Numbered from the stretch's first letter, positions 10,491-20,567 are shown. The stretch: 64,000 bases of DNA from an uncultured Myxococcales bacterium (GCA_964511535.1 CAZEFW010000015.1:3754-67753); one strand, 5' to 3'. Translations and numbers: made by a program. The notes: a model not told the origin generated them from the letters alone.

Positions 10491-12502
10491 CACACCTCCA
10501 TGCCCGCTCGAAACCCTTCATGGATCGCGTCGTACGCCCGCCGCGGGCTCTTGGCATCGCCCACCACGAAGATGCCGTCCCCCTCGCCCAGCGCCCCGGC
10601 CAGCGCGTCGTCCGCGGCCGCCCCCATGGCCAGCACCACCGTATCAGCCGGCAGCAGCCGCTCGCCATCGCCGCTGTCCACCGTCACGCCCTCGGCCGAG
10701 ATGCCCACCACGCAGGTCTCCGTCAGGGTCTCCACGGCGAACCGCTTGAGGTCCTGGATCAGGCTCCAGCGGGTGCTCTTGCCGATCCCCTCCCCCGCCC
10801 TCGCCTTCAGCTCCACCATGGTCACTTCATGGGTGCCGTGCAGGCATGCCTGCCGCAGCCGCTCGGGCTCCTCCGCCTCGTTGACCAGCAGGAACCGCAA
10901 GGTCTCGCCGTCCAGGGTCCCTCGCTGGGACAGCTCCCGCGCCACGTCCACCGCCACCGGCCCGCCGCCCACCACCACCACACGGCGCCCCACCAGCGCC
11001 TTGCCCGACAGCACGTCCCAGGCCTGAACCGCGCTCGGATGGTCTGCGCCCGGCAGCGCCGCCGCCACCGGCTGCGCCCCGGTGGCCACGATCACCGCGT
11101 CCGCGCCCAGCTCGGCCAGGCCCTCGGCCGTGGCCTCCTCGCCCAGCCTGATCTCCGCCCCGCTGGCGCGCAGCCGCCGCTCCAGGTCCTCTGCCACCAC
11201 CAGCAGCTCCGCCCGGTCCTCAGTGGACCCCGCCAGCAACAGCTGCCCCCCCAGGAGCAGGCCGCGCTCCATCAGCACCACCTCGTGTCCCCGGCCCGCC
11301 GCGGTGAGGGCCGCCATCATGCCCGCAGGGCCCCCGCCCACCACCGCCACCTTGCGCGGCCGCTTGACCTTGCTCAACAGGGCCGTCTGCTCCACCCCCG
11401 CCCGCGGGTTGACCATGCAGCGCACGGGCATGCCCTTGAACACATGGTCGAAGCACCCCTGGTTGCAGGCGACGCAGTGCACCGGCGCGCCTTCGCCCCT
11501 GAGGACCTTGTTCGGCAGCGCCGGGTCCGCGATGAGCGGCCGCCCGAGGTTGATGATGTCGGCCATGCCGTCTCTCAGCGCCGCCTCGGCCATGGCGGGC
11601 TTCGAGATGCGGTTGGACGCCATCACCGGCACCTCCACCGCCTCACGAATCCGCCGGGCCAGGTAGAGGTACGCGCCGCGCGGCACGCCCATGCTCAGCT
11701 GGGGCACGCGGGTCTCGTGCCAGCCGCCGGTGACGTTGATGGAGTCGGCGCCGGCCTCCTGGAAAAGCTTGCTGGCCGCCGCGCTCTCGTCGCTGCCGTG
11801 GCTCCCGGGCATGAAGTCCGAGCCCGCCACCCGCACCACCACCCCCGTGTCCGGCCCCACCGCCGCCCTGACCTGCTGCACGATCTCCTGGCCGAAGCGC
11901 GCCCGGTTCTCGAACGAGCCGCCGTATTCATCCTCCCTGTGGTTGGTCACCGGCGAGAGGAACTGGCTGATGAGGTACCCCGCCGAGCCGAGCACCTCCA
12001 CCCCATCGAAGCCCGCCTCCACTGCCCGCCGCGCGGCCTCGGCGAAGCTCGCCTGCACCGCCGGGATCTCGTCCAGCGCCAGCGCGCGCGGGGTCTCACG
12101 GGTCAGCTTCGAGGGGATGGCCGAAGGCGCCACCGCGGGCTGCCCGGTGAACATGGTGTAGGCGTATCGGCCCGCGTGGTACAGCTGAGCCACGGCGAGG
12201 CTGCCGCCGTCGTGGATGGCGTCGGCCAGGCGGCGGAGCCCCGGGATGAACCGGTCCTCGTGCAGCCCGATGAGCATCGGGCCTCCCCCGGCGAGGTCCA
12301 CGCCGCAGCCGCCCACGGTGATCAGCGCCACGCCCCCGCGTGCCCGCTCGGCGTAGAACGCCACCAGCTGGTCCGAGACCTCACCGCCCATGGTGTAGTT
12401 CAGGTGCATGGCGGGCATGGCCATGCGGTTCTTCAGCTTCATTGGGCCGACCTGGATCGGCTCGGACAGGCGAACGACGCTGGCGACAGGGGAGTGGATC
12501 AT
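10490..12502 (-). CDS. NADH:flavin oxidoreductase (Old Yellow Enzyme N-terminal domain) fused to an FAD/NAD(P)-binding domain; 2,4-dienoyl-CoA reductase (FadH)-like
   Basis: OYE TIM-barrel motifs, Cys cluster (CVACNQGC) and a C-terminal GGGPAG dinucleotide-binding domain. Start chosen at MIHSP (12502), which has a GGAGGTG RBS. Confidence 0.8.
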   Translation of the reverse strand: MIHSPVASVVRLSEPIQVGPMKLKNRMAMPAMHLNYTMGGEVSDQLVAFYAERARGGVALITVGGCGVDLAGGGPMLIGLHEDRFIPGLRRLADAIHDGGSLAVAQLYHAGRYAYTMFTGQPAVAPSAIPSKLTRETPRALALDEIPAVQASFAEAARRAVEAGFDGVEVLGSAGYLISQFLSPVTNHREDEYGGSFENRARFGQEIVQQVRAAVGPDTGVVVRVAGSDFMPGSHGSDESAAASKLFQEAGADSINVTGGWHETRVPQLSMGVPRGAYLYLARRIREAVEVPVMASNRISKPAMAEAALRDGMADIINLGRPLIADPALPNKVLRGEGAPVHCVACNQGCFDHVFKGMPVRCMVNPRAGVEQTALLSKVKRPRKVAVVGGGPAGMMAALTAAGRGHEVVLMERGLLLGGQLLLAGSTEDRAELLVVAEDLERRLRASGAEIRLGEEATAEGLAELGADAVIVATGAQPVAAALPGADHPSAVQAWDVLSGKALVGRRVVVVGGGPVAVDVARELSQRGTLDGETLRFLLVNEAEEPERLRQACLHGTHEVTMVELKARAGEGIGKSTRWSLIQDLKRFAVETLTETCVVGISAEGVTVDSGDGERLLPADTVVLAMGAAADDALAGALGEGDGIFVVGDAKSPRRAYDAIHEGFRAGMEV

Positions 12503-12551
12503 CGGCGCACCTCCGGTTGGGAGGCACAACCGTACCACAGCGTCCCTGCGG

Positions 12552-12710
12552 CTAATTATTGACCAGGCTGGCGCCCACGATGGTGCCCACGACCCCGGTG
12601 ACCACCGGGTTGCAGGTCATGACTCAGGTGGATCCGACGGTCTGCAAAAGGAACCCCAGTCCCACGCCCAGTACACCGCCGATGGTCGCGAATATGATGC
12701 CCTGCTTCAT
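12552..12710 (-). CDS. Small glycine-zipper membrane ORF with an in-frame TGA (MKQGIIFATIGGVLGVGLGFLLQTVGST-U-VMTCNPVVTGVVGTIVGASLVNN); very speculative
   Basis: Manual translation; GxxxG-type helices on both sides of the TGA at 12626..12624; hairpin CCGGUGGUCACCGG 15 nt downstream; weak RBS. Confidence 0.2.
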
Positions 12711-12846
12711 GCTGCAAAATTAGCACAAACCGGGCGGTGATCCATGATGGGTGCGGCCCCGGGACCATCCCGGCTCCTGCCTCCACTCCTAAATAGCAGG
12801 TATTTTCTGGTACTATGGGTCTCGCGGACCTGCCAAGGAGGGTTAA

Positions 12847-13965
12847 ATGCAATTGAATCCGTTACTTGCCCGGCTATTACTCCCGGGCGTCCTGGCCGTT
12901 GCCCTCACGGGCTGCAGCGATGGTACGGGCAGCAGCGACCCGGCCACCACGGAGTGGAAGCGGCAGACCATGATTGACGCCTGCGTGCGCATGCACTCCT
13001 GCGGGGTCTTCGCGGTCACCGACGTCTACGGCTGCATCACGGACTTCGAGGAGACCAAGGCCACGCCCACGGGGACTGCCGCCATGTACAAGAAGCGGCA
13101 CTTCTGCGTCAACAAGGCCGGCGGCGATTGTGACGCCATTCGCGCCTGCTTCGGCGGCCAGAAGTGGGACCTGGAGAAGCAAGGCCCTGAGTGCGACAGC
13201 ACCTTCAAGCCGAGCTGCGAGGGGACCAAGATGCGCATCTGCGACTCGCTCAACAAGCGCATCTTCGCCCTGGACTGCGCGGAGGCCGGGCTCTCCTGCG
13301 CCACCGACGTCAACGGCCAGCCCTTCTGCAGCGCAGGCCCGTGCAAGACGGCCAAGAAGAACGACAACACCTGCAGCGAGGACAAGACGCAGCACCTGTT
13401 CTGCAACGGCACCGGCCTGCAGATCGAGCAGTGTGACTGGCTCAGCCTCGTGTGCGGAAAGGACCGGGACGGCAAGATCGATTGCGTCGGGACCGGAAAG
13501 GAATGCAAGGGGTGAGCTAGCAAAGACGGCCTTTCGTGTAAAGGCATCGGCACCCCGACTTACTGCGAGACTGGCGACACCTGCGAAGACAAGGCGGCCT
13601 GGAAGTGCAAGCGGGCCAGCAACAGCAAGACCTACCTCTCGGCCGCGAGCGCCAAGGGCCCCGCCTGCGGACTGCACCCCGGCTACCGCACCGGCTGCAT
13701 GTGCGGCAACGAGGCGAACATCGACTGCCGCTCCATGCCTGGCAAACGCATCTGCGACCCGAAGGCCGACAAGTTCGACTACTGCGCCCCCGCGGGCAAG
13801 GAGTGCGGCGTCGCATCGGGCGTCAAGGACGCCTGCGACGGCGACACGCTCGTCTTCTGCGTGGACGGCTTCAAGACCCGGGTAGACTGCACCAAGTTCG
13901 GCTTCAAGGGCTGCAAGAGCCTCACCGTGGGCGGCGGCTCGGTCCTCGGCGCGCTCTGTTACTGA
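12847..13965 (+). CDS. Cys-rich secreted lipoprotein; single in-frame TGA at 13513..13515 (candidate selenocysteine, or a nonsense-interrupted pseudogene)
   Basis: Track ORFs 12847..13515 and 13699..13965 share a frame. The 183 nt between them are open and encode Cys-rich sequence of the same character (ASKDGLSCKGIGTPTYCETGDTCEDKAAWKCK...). Signal peptide with lipobox LTGC. Stem-loop GCCUUUCGUGUAAAGGC at 13529..13545, 13 nt after the TGA. Confidence 0.5.
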
Positions 13966-14193
13966 CCCCTCGGCTCTGAAGCGATATCAGCGCCGCCGGC
14001 CAACCTGGCCCGGCGGGTGGGATCCACCGTCAGTTCGTCGTACTATCTTCATAAATCAAGGATCTTCGTGGCCCTGGTACCCTGCACTCGGGTCACGGCG
14101 CCGTAGCGGAACCTTGCCCCCGGGGTGGGGCATGGGCTAGGATGCTGCGCCGGAACTACCAGTACGGCGCAGGACCAGCTTGGAGGTTGTCTC

Positions 14194-17100
14194 TTGGCCA
14201 AGAAGTTCGGGCGATATGAGCTGATCGACCGCATCAGCGTGGGCGGGATGGCCGAGATCTTCAAGGGGAGATCCTCCGGCGCGGCGGGGTTCGAAAAAAT
14301 CGTCGCCATCAAGCGCATCCTGCCCCACCTGTCCGACGATGAAGACTTCATCAACATGTTCATCGATGAGGCCAAGCTGTCCGCCAACCTGAACCACTCC
14401 AACATTGGCCAGGTGTTCGAGTTCGGGCGCATCGAGGGCCGCTACTTCATCGCCATGGAGTTCATCCATGGCAAGGATCTGCGCCGGCTGCAGCAGTTCT
14501 TCCGCTCCAAAAACAAGGTGATGCCCATCACCATGGCGGTCCGGGTGGTGCTGGAGATCTGTAACGCGCTGGAGTACGCCCACAACAAGGTGGACGCCAT
14601 GGGCAACAGCCTCGGCATCGTCCACCGGGACATCTCCCCCCAGAACGTGATCATCTCCTACGAGGGGGCGGTCAAGCTCATCGACTTCGGCATCGCCAAG
14701 GCGCTCAGCCGCTCCACCAAGACGGCCGAGGGCAACCTGAAGGGCAAGTTCGGCTACATGTCCCCCGAGCAGGTGGAGGGTGGCGAGATAGACGGGCGCT
14801 CCGACCTGTTCGCCCTCGGCACGCTGCTGTTCGAGCTGGTCACCGGCAAGCGCCTGTTCCAGGGAGAGAGCGAACTGGCCGTGCTCGAGAAGGTGCGCAA
14901 GGCCCAGGTGCCCAGCCCGTCGGGCATGAACCCCTCTGTGCCGCAGCCGCTCGAGGCGATCATCATGCGCGCGCTGTCCCGGCGTCCGGACCAGCGCTAC
15001 CAGCACGCCGAGGAGATGCACGAGGACCTGGAGGGTTTCGCCCAGCAGGCGAAGCTGGTGTTCACCGGCAAGCAGCTGTCGCGCTGGATGAAGAAGACCT
15101 TCGAGGACGAGCTCCGTCAGGAGAAGCGCTCCGCAGGGGAAGAGTCCCAGCCCTCCATGCCCACCAGCCCCGGAAGCGGCGAGACCGGGAAAGCTGTCTC
15201 GGGGACCGCGCCCACCGAGCCTCAGCCGCAGGTGGAGGACGTGGACCGGTCCACGGCGTTCCTCGACCCGTCGACCCTGGGCGGCGCCGGCAAGGCGCCG
15301 CAGCCCGGCAAGGCGCAGCAGCCCGGGCAGGCGCAGCAGCCTGTCCAGGGCGAGCAGACCTCCGACCGGGTTGCTCAGCTGCGCGCCTCGCTGCTGGGGC
15401 CCCAGGCCGCCGGTGCCGAGGGCGGGAGCAGGCAGGAGAAGAAGACTGTCCCCTTCGACCCGGCGGCCCACAGCCGGCCCCCGGGGCCATCCACGCCGCT
15501 CACGGGCGCCCAGGCCGGCGTCCCGGGCGCGGCCGGCGAGGCAACCGGCAGGGCGCGCACCATGCCGCTGCTTCAGGATGAGCCCGCGGTCCGCCCCGGA
15601 AACCAGGCCCAGGGCAGCGAGCCCACCCCCGAAGACCTCGTGGCGCAGCTCCAGTCCGTGGACGTGAGCGATGACCAGGCCACCATGGTCGTTGACGATG
15701 ACGAGGCGGTGGAGGTTGCGGCACCCGGCAACCCCACGGTGCGCCAGGTGGTGGTGAGCCCGGGCGAGGGCGAGGTGCCCGCCGCTCAGGTGCCGCACGA
15801 GGTGCTCAACGCGCCCACCCTGCGGCCTGACGCTGTGGGCCCGGGTGGCGTGACCGGGGACCAGGTGTTGGAGCGCGCTCGGCAGGAGCAACAGGCCAGC
15901 GAGGCGGCGGGAGACGCGGCCCAGGACCCAGCCGCGGTCACGCTGCAAGGACATGGCGCGGGCGGCTTCCAGGACTCCTTCACCATGGTGGATCCTGACG
16001 CCATCGAGGACCTCGTGCCCAAGCCGGGCGCGCAGATGGCCGCCCCGCCCGAGACGGCGCCCGGCTCCGAGCAGCTCACGGCGGCCGACCTGCCCGACCT
16101 GCCCGATCCCTCCGAGCTGATGGATCCCTTTGACGACGGCCCCACGGTTGTGGATCCGGACGCCAGCGCCGAGCTGTTCAAGCAGCTTCAGGCCACCGAC
16201 GGCGATCCGCAGCCGCCGGCCCGCACCATGGCCGAGACCCAGCTGGACGCTGAAGCCCAGCCCGAGCAGCCGGTGGAGATGGTGGTCTCCCCAGACGACA
16301 GCACGCCGCTGGACTCGATCCCCACCGCCGCCAAGGTGCCGGTGGTCCCTGACGAGCCGACCCCTGCCCAGGAGCCCGAGCTCGCCCCGGACCCCTACGC
16401 CGAGGAAGAGGAGCACGCGGCCACGGCGCTGTACAACCCGCCGGTGCCGATGCAGCAGCTGCTGGACGAGACGTCGGCCCAGGACATCGCCGCGAAGCAG
16501 GCCGCAGGCGTGGCGCCCACCATGACGCCGGACCAGATGGCCGAGGCCCAGGGCGGCGTCACCGTCCCGGTGCCTCCAGACACCCTCGAGGAAGCGCCTG
16601 CCATGCAGCCGCCCATGGCCCAGGTCCCCACGCCGCAGCCGGCGGACCTGGCCCCTGCAGCGCTGGATCCGCTGGCCCAGGTAGAGACCCCCGCCATGGC
16701 CGGGCCCGGCGCGGCCGCGCCCATGCCGGCGCCGCCGCCCAAGAAGAAGCGCGGATTTCTGCTGCCGGTGGTGCTGTTCCTGGTGATCTTGCTGCTGGCC
16801 GGCGGCGGCGCTGCCGCCTATTACTTCCTGGTGGTCAAGAAGGACGGCACGGGCACCGCCACCACCGCTGGCAAGACGGCGACGGGAACCGCAGCGGGCA
16901 AGGCCGCCACGACGGCAGAGGCTGGCGACAGCGACAAGCCCGGCATCGTGACGATCCAGTCTGACAGCCCCATCAGCGGCAAGCTGCTGCTCAACGGCAA
17001 GGACCGGGGGACCCTGGCCAACACCGGCAAGTACTCGCTGGAGGATATCCCGGCGGGTACCCACGAGCTGGAGATCCGCGACGGCGATCGCGTGTTCAAG

Positions 17101-17700
17101 AAGACCATCAAGCTGCGCGGCGGTGAGGCGGTCTCCATCAAGGTGGTCATGCCCGTCGAGCCGGCCAAGGAGCCGGACGCCGCACCTCCCAAGGAGGAGC
17201 CTGCTCCCAAGGAGGAGCCTGCTCCCAAGGAGGAGCCTGCTCCCAAGGAGGAGCCCATACCGGAGCCGAAGCCGGAGCCCAAGGCCGAGCCGAAGCCGGA
17301 GCCCAAGGCCGAGCCGAAGCCGAAGCCCAAGCCCAAGCCCAAGGCTGACCCGAAGCCGAAGCCCAAGCCCAAGGCCAAGCCCAAGCCCAAGCCCAAGGCC
17401 AAGCCCAAGCCCAAACCGAAGCCCAAGGCAAAGCCGAAGACCAAGCCCAAGACCAGGGTGCGCAAGCCGCGGGGCAAGCCTGGCATGCTGGTGGTGGCTT
17501 CGAGGCCGTGGGCCAAGATCTACGTGGACGGCAAGGCCACTGGGCGCAACTCCCCCATCCCCCCCTCCAACCCGCTGTCCATTCCGGCGGGCCGGCGAAA
17601 GATCACCCTGGAGGCCAAGGGGCAGAAATTTCACTTCACGGTCACCATCAAGGCCGGGAAGCTGAGCAAGCTGGTGAAGATCCTGCCGGTCAAAAAATAG
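14194..17700 (+). CDS. Ser/Thr protein kinase with a long disordered Pro/Ala/Glu-rich region, a TM segment and two C-terminal PEGA-like domains separated by (EEPAPK)n/(PKPK)n repeats
   Basis: Hanks kinase motifs (VGGMAEIFKG, VAIKRI, HRDISPQN, DFGIAK, GYMSPE). GGAGG sits 7 nt upstream of TTG 14194; the track ORF starts at GTG 14125. TM segment LLPVVLFLVILLLAGGGAAAYYFLVV. Confidence 0.85.
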   Translation: MAKKFGRYELIDRISVGGMAEIFKGRSSGAAGFEKIVAIKRILPHLSDDEDFINMFIDEAKLSANLNHSNIGQVFEFGRIEGRYFIAMEFIHGKDLRRLQQFFRSKNKVMPITMAVRVVLEICNALEYAHNKVDAMGNSLGIVHRDISPQNVIISYEGAVKLIDFGIAKALSRSTKTAEGNLKGKFGYMSPEQVEGGEIDGRSDLFALGTLLFELVTGKRLFQGESELAVLEKVRKAQVPSPSGMNPSVPQPLEAIIMRALSRRPDQRYQHAEEMHEDLEGFAQQAKLVFTGKQLSRWMKKTFEDELRQEKRSAGEESQPSMPTSPGSGETGKAVSGTAPTEPQPQVEDVDRSTAFLDPSTLGGAGKAPQPGKAQQPGQAQQPVQGEQTSDRVAQLRASLLGPQAAGAEGGSRQEKKTVPFDPAAHSRPPGPSTPLTGAQAGVPGAAGEATGRARTMPLLQDEPAVRPGNQAQGSEPTPEDLVAQLQSVDVSDDQATMVVDDDEAVEVAAPGNPTVRQVVVSPGEGEVPAAQVPHEVLNAPTLRPDAVGPGGVTGDQVLERARQEQQASEAAGDAAQDPAAVTLQGHGAGGFQDSFTMVDPDAIEDLVPKPGAQMAAPPETAPGSEQLTAADLPDLPDPSELMDPFDDGPTVVDPDASAELFKQLQATDGDPQPPARTMAETQLDAEAQPEQPVEMVVSPDDSTPLDSIPTAAKVPVVPDEPTPAQEPELAPDPYAEEEEHAATALYNPPVPMQQLLDETSAQDIAAKQAAGVAPTMTPDQMAEAQGGVTVPVPPDTLEEAPAMQPPMAQVPTPQPADLAPAALDPLAQVETPAMAGPGAAAPMPAPPPKKKRGFLLPVVLFLVILLLAGGGAAAYYFLVVKKDGTGTATTAGKTATGTAAGKAATTAEAGDSDKPGIVTIQSDSPISGKLLLNGKDRGTLANTGKYSLEDIPAGTHELEIRDGDRVFKKTIKLRGGEAVSIKVVMPVEPAKEPDAAPPKEEPAPKEEPAPKEEPAPKEEPIPEPKPEPKAEPKPEPKAEPKPKPKPKPKADPKPKPKPKAKPKPKPKAKPKPKPKPKAKPKTKPKTRVRKPRGKPGMLVVASRPWAKIYVDGKATGRNSPIPPSNPLSIPAGRRKITLEAKGQKFHFTVTIKAGKLSKLVKILPVKK

Positions 17701-17791
17701 GCCAAAACAGGCAGGACAAATAAAACTTGCATTTCTGATAAACTCTGCACACCCTGGTATTCATCACAGACCTTTAGAGGAGGGAGTCCAG

Positions 17792-18820
17792 ATGAATGCG
17801 CGGATGGGTGCACTCGTATTGGCCGTTGTCATCGGATCGACTGGATGCGGGACGATTCTCAGGAGCCTGGGACCAAAGGGGGGCGGCGGAGGCGGAGGTG
17901 GAGGAGGTGACTCCAGGGAGGAGCGAGTTCGCGCCAAGGCTGAGCGCGAAAAGCAACGCTTCCTGACCTTGCAGGCGCCCGACTCGGCCGCCGCTCACAT
18001 GAACTGGATCAAGCAGTACGAGAAATCCCGGGGCTACTGCCACACCTGGGCCTGGAAGGACCACGGGATGAAGGACAAGATCGAGGCGTGCGCCAAGGCC
18101 GTCAACGCCCACTACCTCGACCTCGCCCCGGTAGCCGTTCAGATGCTCATCGACAAGGGCAAGGCCCTGCAGGCCCACTGGGCCGTACGCAAGCTGGGCG
18201 ACCACTCCCGCCACCGCTTCTGGAACCTGGACAGCCAGGCCCCGGTGAAGCTGGCCCAGACAGCGGCCAAGGCCAGGGCCGAGTGGGCCCAGAAGCTGTA
18301 CGAGGGCTCCAAGAAGTACGTGGAGCCCAACAACATGGGCTGCGTGGCCAGCGCCTCGCCGCTGCCCAAGGACAACGGCCGCATCGCAGAGCCGGTCTAC
18401 CACGTCAAGATCGGCCAGAAGCTGTACGTGCGCTGCTACTTCCCGTCCACCGTCGCCAGCGTGCTGTCCGGCAAGGAGGGCGCGGTGCTCAAGGGCGAGG
18501 TCAACACCACCGACCAGAACCTCTCCAACTGCAAGGGGTACGAGTGTGAGAAGGACCCCGACCTGAGCTTCCACTACGACATGGCCATCAACCACGCCAA
18601 GTTCGCGAGCAAAGATTACATCGACTACGAGATCAACACCGGCGCCTCGCCCAAGGGCACCAAGGTGACCAAGGACAACTTCGGCACCATCGAGCTCACC
18701 GGCAGCGTGTACTGGGTGATCAAGTACGAGAAGAAATACAACGACAAGACCAAGGCCGTTGAGGTGGTGCCGATCTACGAGAAGGCGGGCGGGACCACCT
18801 CCATCAGCTATCACAACTAG
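17792..18820 (+). CDS. Lipoprotein, hypothetical (342 aa), Gly-rich linker
   Basis: Signal peptide plus lipobox (GSTGC); AGGAGGGAG RBS; noticeably less GC3-biased than its neighbours. Confidence 0.6.
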   Translation: MNARMGALVLAVVIGSTGCGTILRSLGPKGGGGGGGGGGDSREERVRAKAEREKQRFLTLQAPDSAAAHMNWIKQYEKSRGYCHTWAWKDHGMKDKIEACAKAVNAHYLDLAPVAVQMLIDKGKALQAHWAVRKLGDHSRHRFWNLDSQAPVKLAQTAAKARAEWAQKLYEGSKKYVEPNNMGCVASASPLPKDNGRIAEPVYHVKIGQKLYVRCYFPSTVASVLSGKEGAVLKGEVNTTDQNLSNCKGYECEKDPDLSFHYDMAINHAKFASKDYIDYEINTGASPKGTKVTKDNFGTIELTGSVYWVIKYEKKYNDKTKAVEVVPIYEKAGGTTSISYHN

Positions 18821-18829
18821 AGATCTCCG

Positions 18830-19522
18830 CTATAGCTCCCCCCTCTCGGCCAGGCTGACATACCCGCCGGCGCCCACCACCAGATGATCCAGCAGCGGAA
18901 TGCCCATCAGGTCCCCTGCGCGCTGGAGCCGCAATGTCAGGTCGAGGTCTTCTCCGCTCGGCTCGGGATCACCGCTCGGGTGGTTATGGGCCACGATTGC
19001 CGCGGCCGCGCCCTCACGTACAGCCGGCCCGAACACCTCGCGCGGGTGAACTTCCACGCAGGTCGCGCTCCCCTGGGCGACCCGCCGCAGCGCCAGCACC
19101 CGGTGGCGGCCATCCAGGGCCAGGGCGATGAACACCTCCTGGCGCAGCATGGACAGCCGAGATCTGACGCGAAGGTAGGCGTCCTCGGCACACCGGATGG
19201 CGTCCCCGCGTAGCAGCGCGCTGCTCCCCAGCCGGCGGGCGAGCTCGGTGGCGGCGCACAGAGCGCTGGCGCGGGCCTCTCCGATCCCCGGCACCTGCAT
19301 CAACTCTCCAGGCCCACAGTTGCCCAGCCCCTCCAGCCCGCCCAGGTCCACCAGCACACGACGCGCCGTCTGCAAAACGCCCCCTGATCCGCGGCTCGAG
19401 CTGCCGAGCACAAGGGCCAGCAGCTCGGAGTCGGTCATCACCTCCGGGCCGCTGCACAGGATGCGCTCGCGCGGACGCTCGGCCGCAGGCCAGTGGTCGA
19501 GTTCGCTCATGCGCGCTGGCAT
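18830..19522 (-). CDS. radC: RadC-family JAB/MPN domain protein (UPF0758)
   Basis: JAMM motif HNHPSG(D)PEPSxxD and N-terminal helix-hairpin-helix region. Confidence 0.85.
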   Translation of the reverse strand: MPARMSELDHWPAAERPRERILCSGPEVMTDSELLALVLGSSSRGSGGVLQTARRVLVDLGGLEGLGNCGPGELMQVPGIGEARASALCAATELARRLGSSALLRGDAIRCAEDAYLRVRSRLSMLRQEVFIALALDGRHRVLALRRVAQGSATCVEVHPREVFGPAVREGAAAAIVAHNHPSGDPEPSGEDLDLTLRLQRAGDLMGIPLLDHLVVGAGGYVSLAERGEL

Positions 19523-19651
19523 TGCACGCAGCGTTCCATCCAGGGACGACGCGGCCGCGTGCTGTATTTTCAGCAGCTTCCGCGTGGACTGCTGACGCCC
19601 GGATGCTCAGCCCCGTCCGCTATCCGGATCAAGATCCGGTGGCCGGATCAA

Positions 19652-20567
19652 TCAGTCCACCCGGTTGACCACCAGGTCCACGGTCTCCCCCCGGGTGGCT
19701 GGCGTGCCAGACCGGGGCGACTGAGAGAGCACGTAGTCCTCCATGTGGTCCTCATCTCTGCTGTAGCTGATCTTGCCCGGCGCCAGGCCGCTGGAGCGCA
19801 GCCGGTTGATCGCGAACTTCAGCCGGATTCCGGTCACCCGCGGAACCCGCGGAACCCGCGGCACCGCCCCCTTGCGCGCGCGGGCCGGCGGGGCCGCGGG
19901 AAGCGCCGGAGCCGCGGTGGGCCGGGCGGGCGCGCCCCTGGAGGCCGCGGGATTCGCGCCGCTGGAGACCACCAGCGCCACCCTGGCGCCATCGGTGAGC
20001 ACGCTCCCCGGTCCCGGGCTGCTGGCCAGCACCTGCCCTGCAGCCGCCGACGGGTGGTGCCTGTAGGTCACCTCGCCCGCGCCGATCCCGATGCTCCGCA
20101 GCCGATCCCTGGCGTCGGTGAGCGACAGACCGGCCAGCGCCCCCAGGGTGATCTGCCCGTACCCCGAGGAGAGGGTCACCGCCACCGCCGCCCCCGGCTT
20201 CGCCTGGGCTCCGGCCAGCGGATCCTGTCGGGCCACGCGCCCCTTCTCGATCACCGGGTCCTTCATCTGCCCCGCGGTGTTGATGACGAGCCGCGCGTTG
20301 GCGGCCGCCGCCTGGGCCTGCTCGAGGGTCATGCCCACCAGGGCCGGGACCGGCACCTTGCCCCCGGCCGTCACCGTCTCCATCACCAGGAACAGCGACA
20401 CCACGGTCAGCGCAGAGATCAGCGCCGAGCAGATGATCACCAGCAAGTATGGCGGCCGGGATGCGTCCTCATCGTAGTCGGGCGGCACCCAGCGATCGCC
20501 GTACGGCGTCGGCTCCTGGACCTGCCCTTGCCACGCTTGATCCGGCCCCTGATAAGAAGGACCCATG
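19652..20567 (-). CDS. Membrane-anchored protein with three PASTA domains (no kinase or PBP domain)
   Basis: One TM helix followed by three repeats of about 65 aa resembling PASTA (VPALVGMTLEQAQ..., ITLGALAGLSLTDARDRL..., VTGIRLKFAINRLRSSG...). Start taken at MGPSYQ so it does not overlap the divergent gene. Confidence 0.55.

Noticed and set aside
12847-13965. Genome-wide TGA-to-sense recoding as an explanation for in-frame TGAs
   Set aside because: Nearly every confidently called gene here terminates at TGA with downstream intergenic features (RBS, overlapping ATGA starts), so TGA is a functional stop; readthrough must be context-specific (Sec) or the loci are pseudogenes.
14137-17634. 1165-aa ORF antisense to the kinase gene
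   Set aside because: Low-complexity Arg/Gly/Leu translation typical of the antisense frame of GC3-rich genes; the sense strand has clear kinase motifs.
17727-17764. E. coli-like -35/-10 promoter (TTGCAT ... TATTCA) upstream of the 17792 lipoprotein gene
   Set aside because: Spacing between candidate hexamers is wrong (6 or 26 nt); left as an AT-rich probable promoter region without a specific call.
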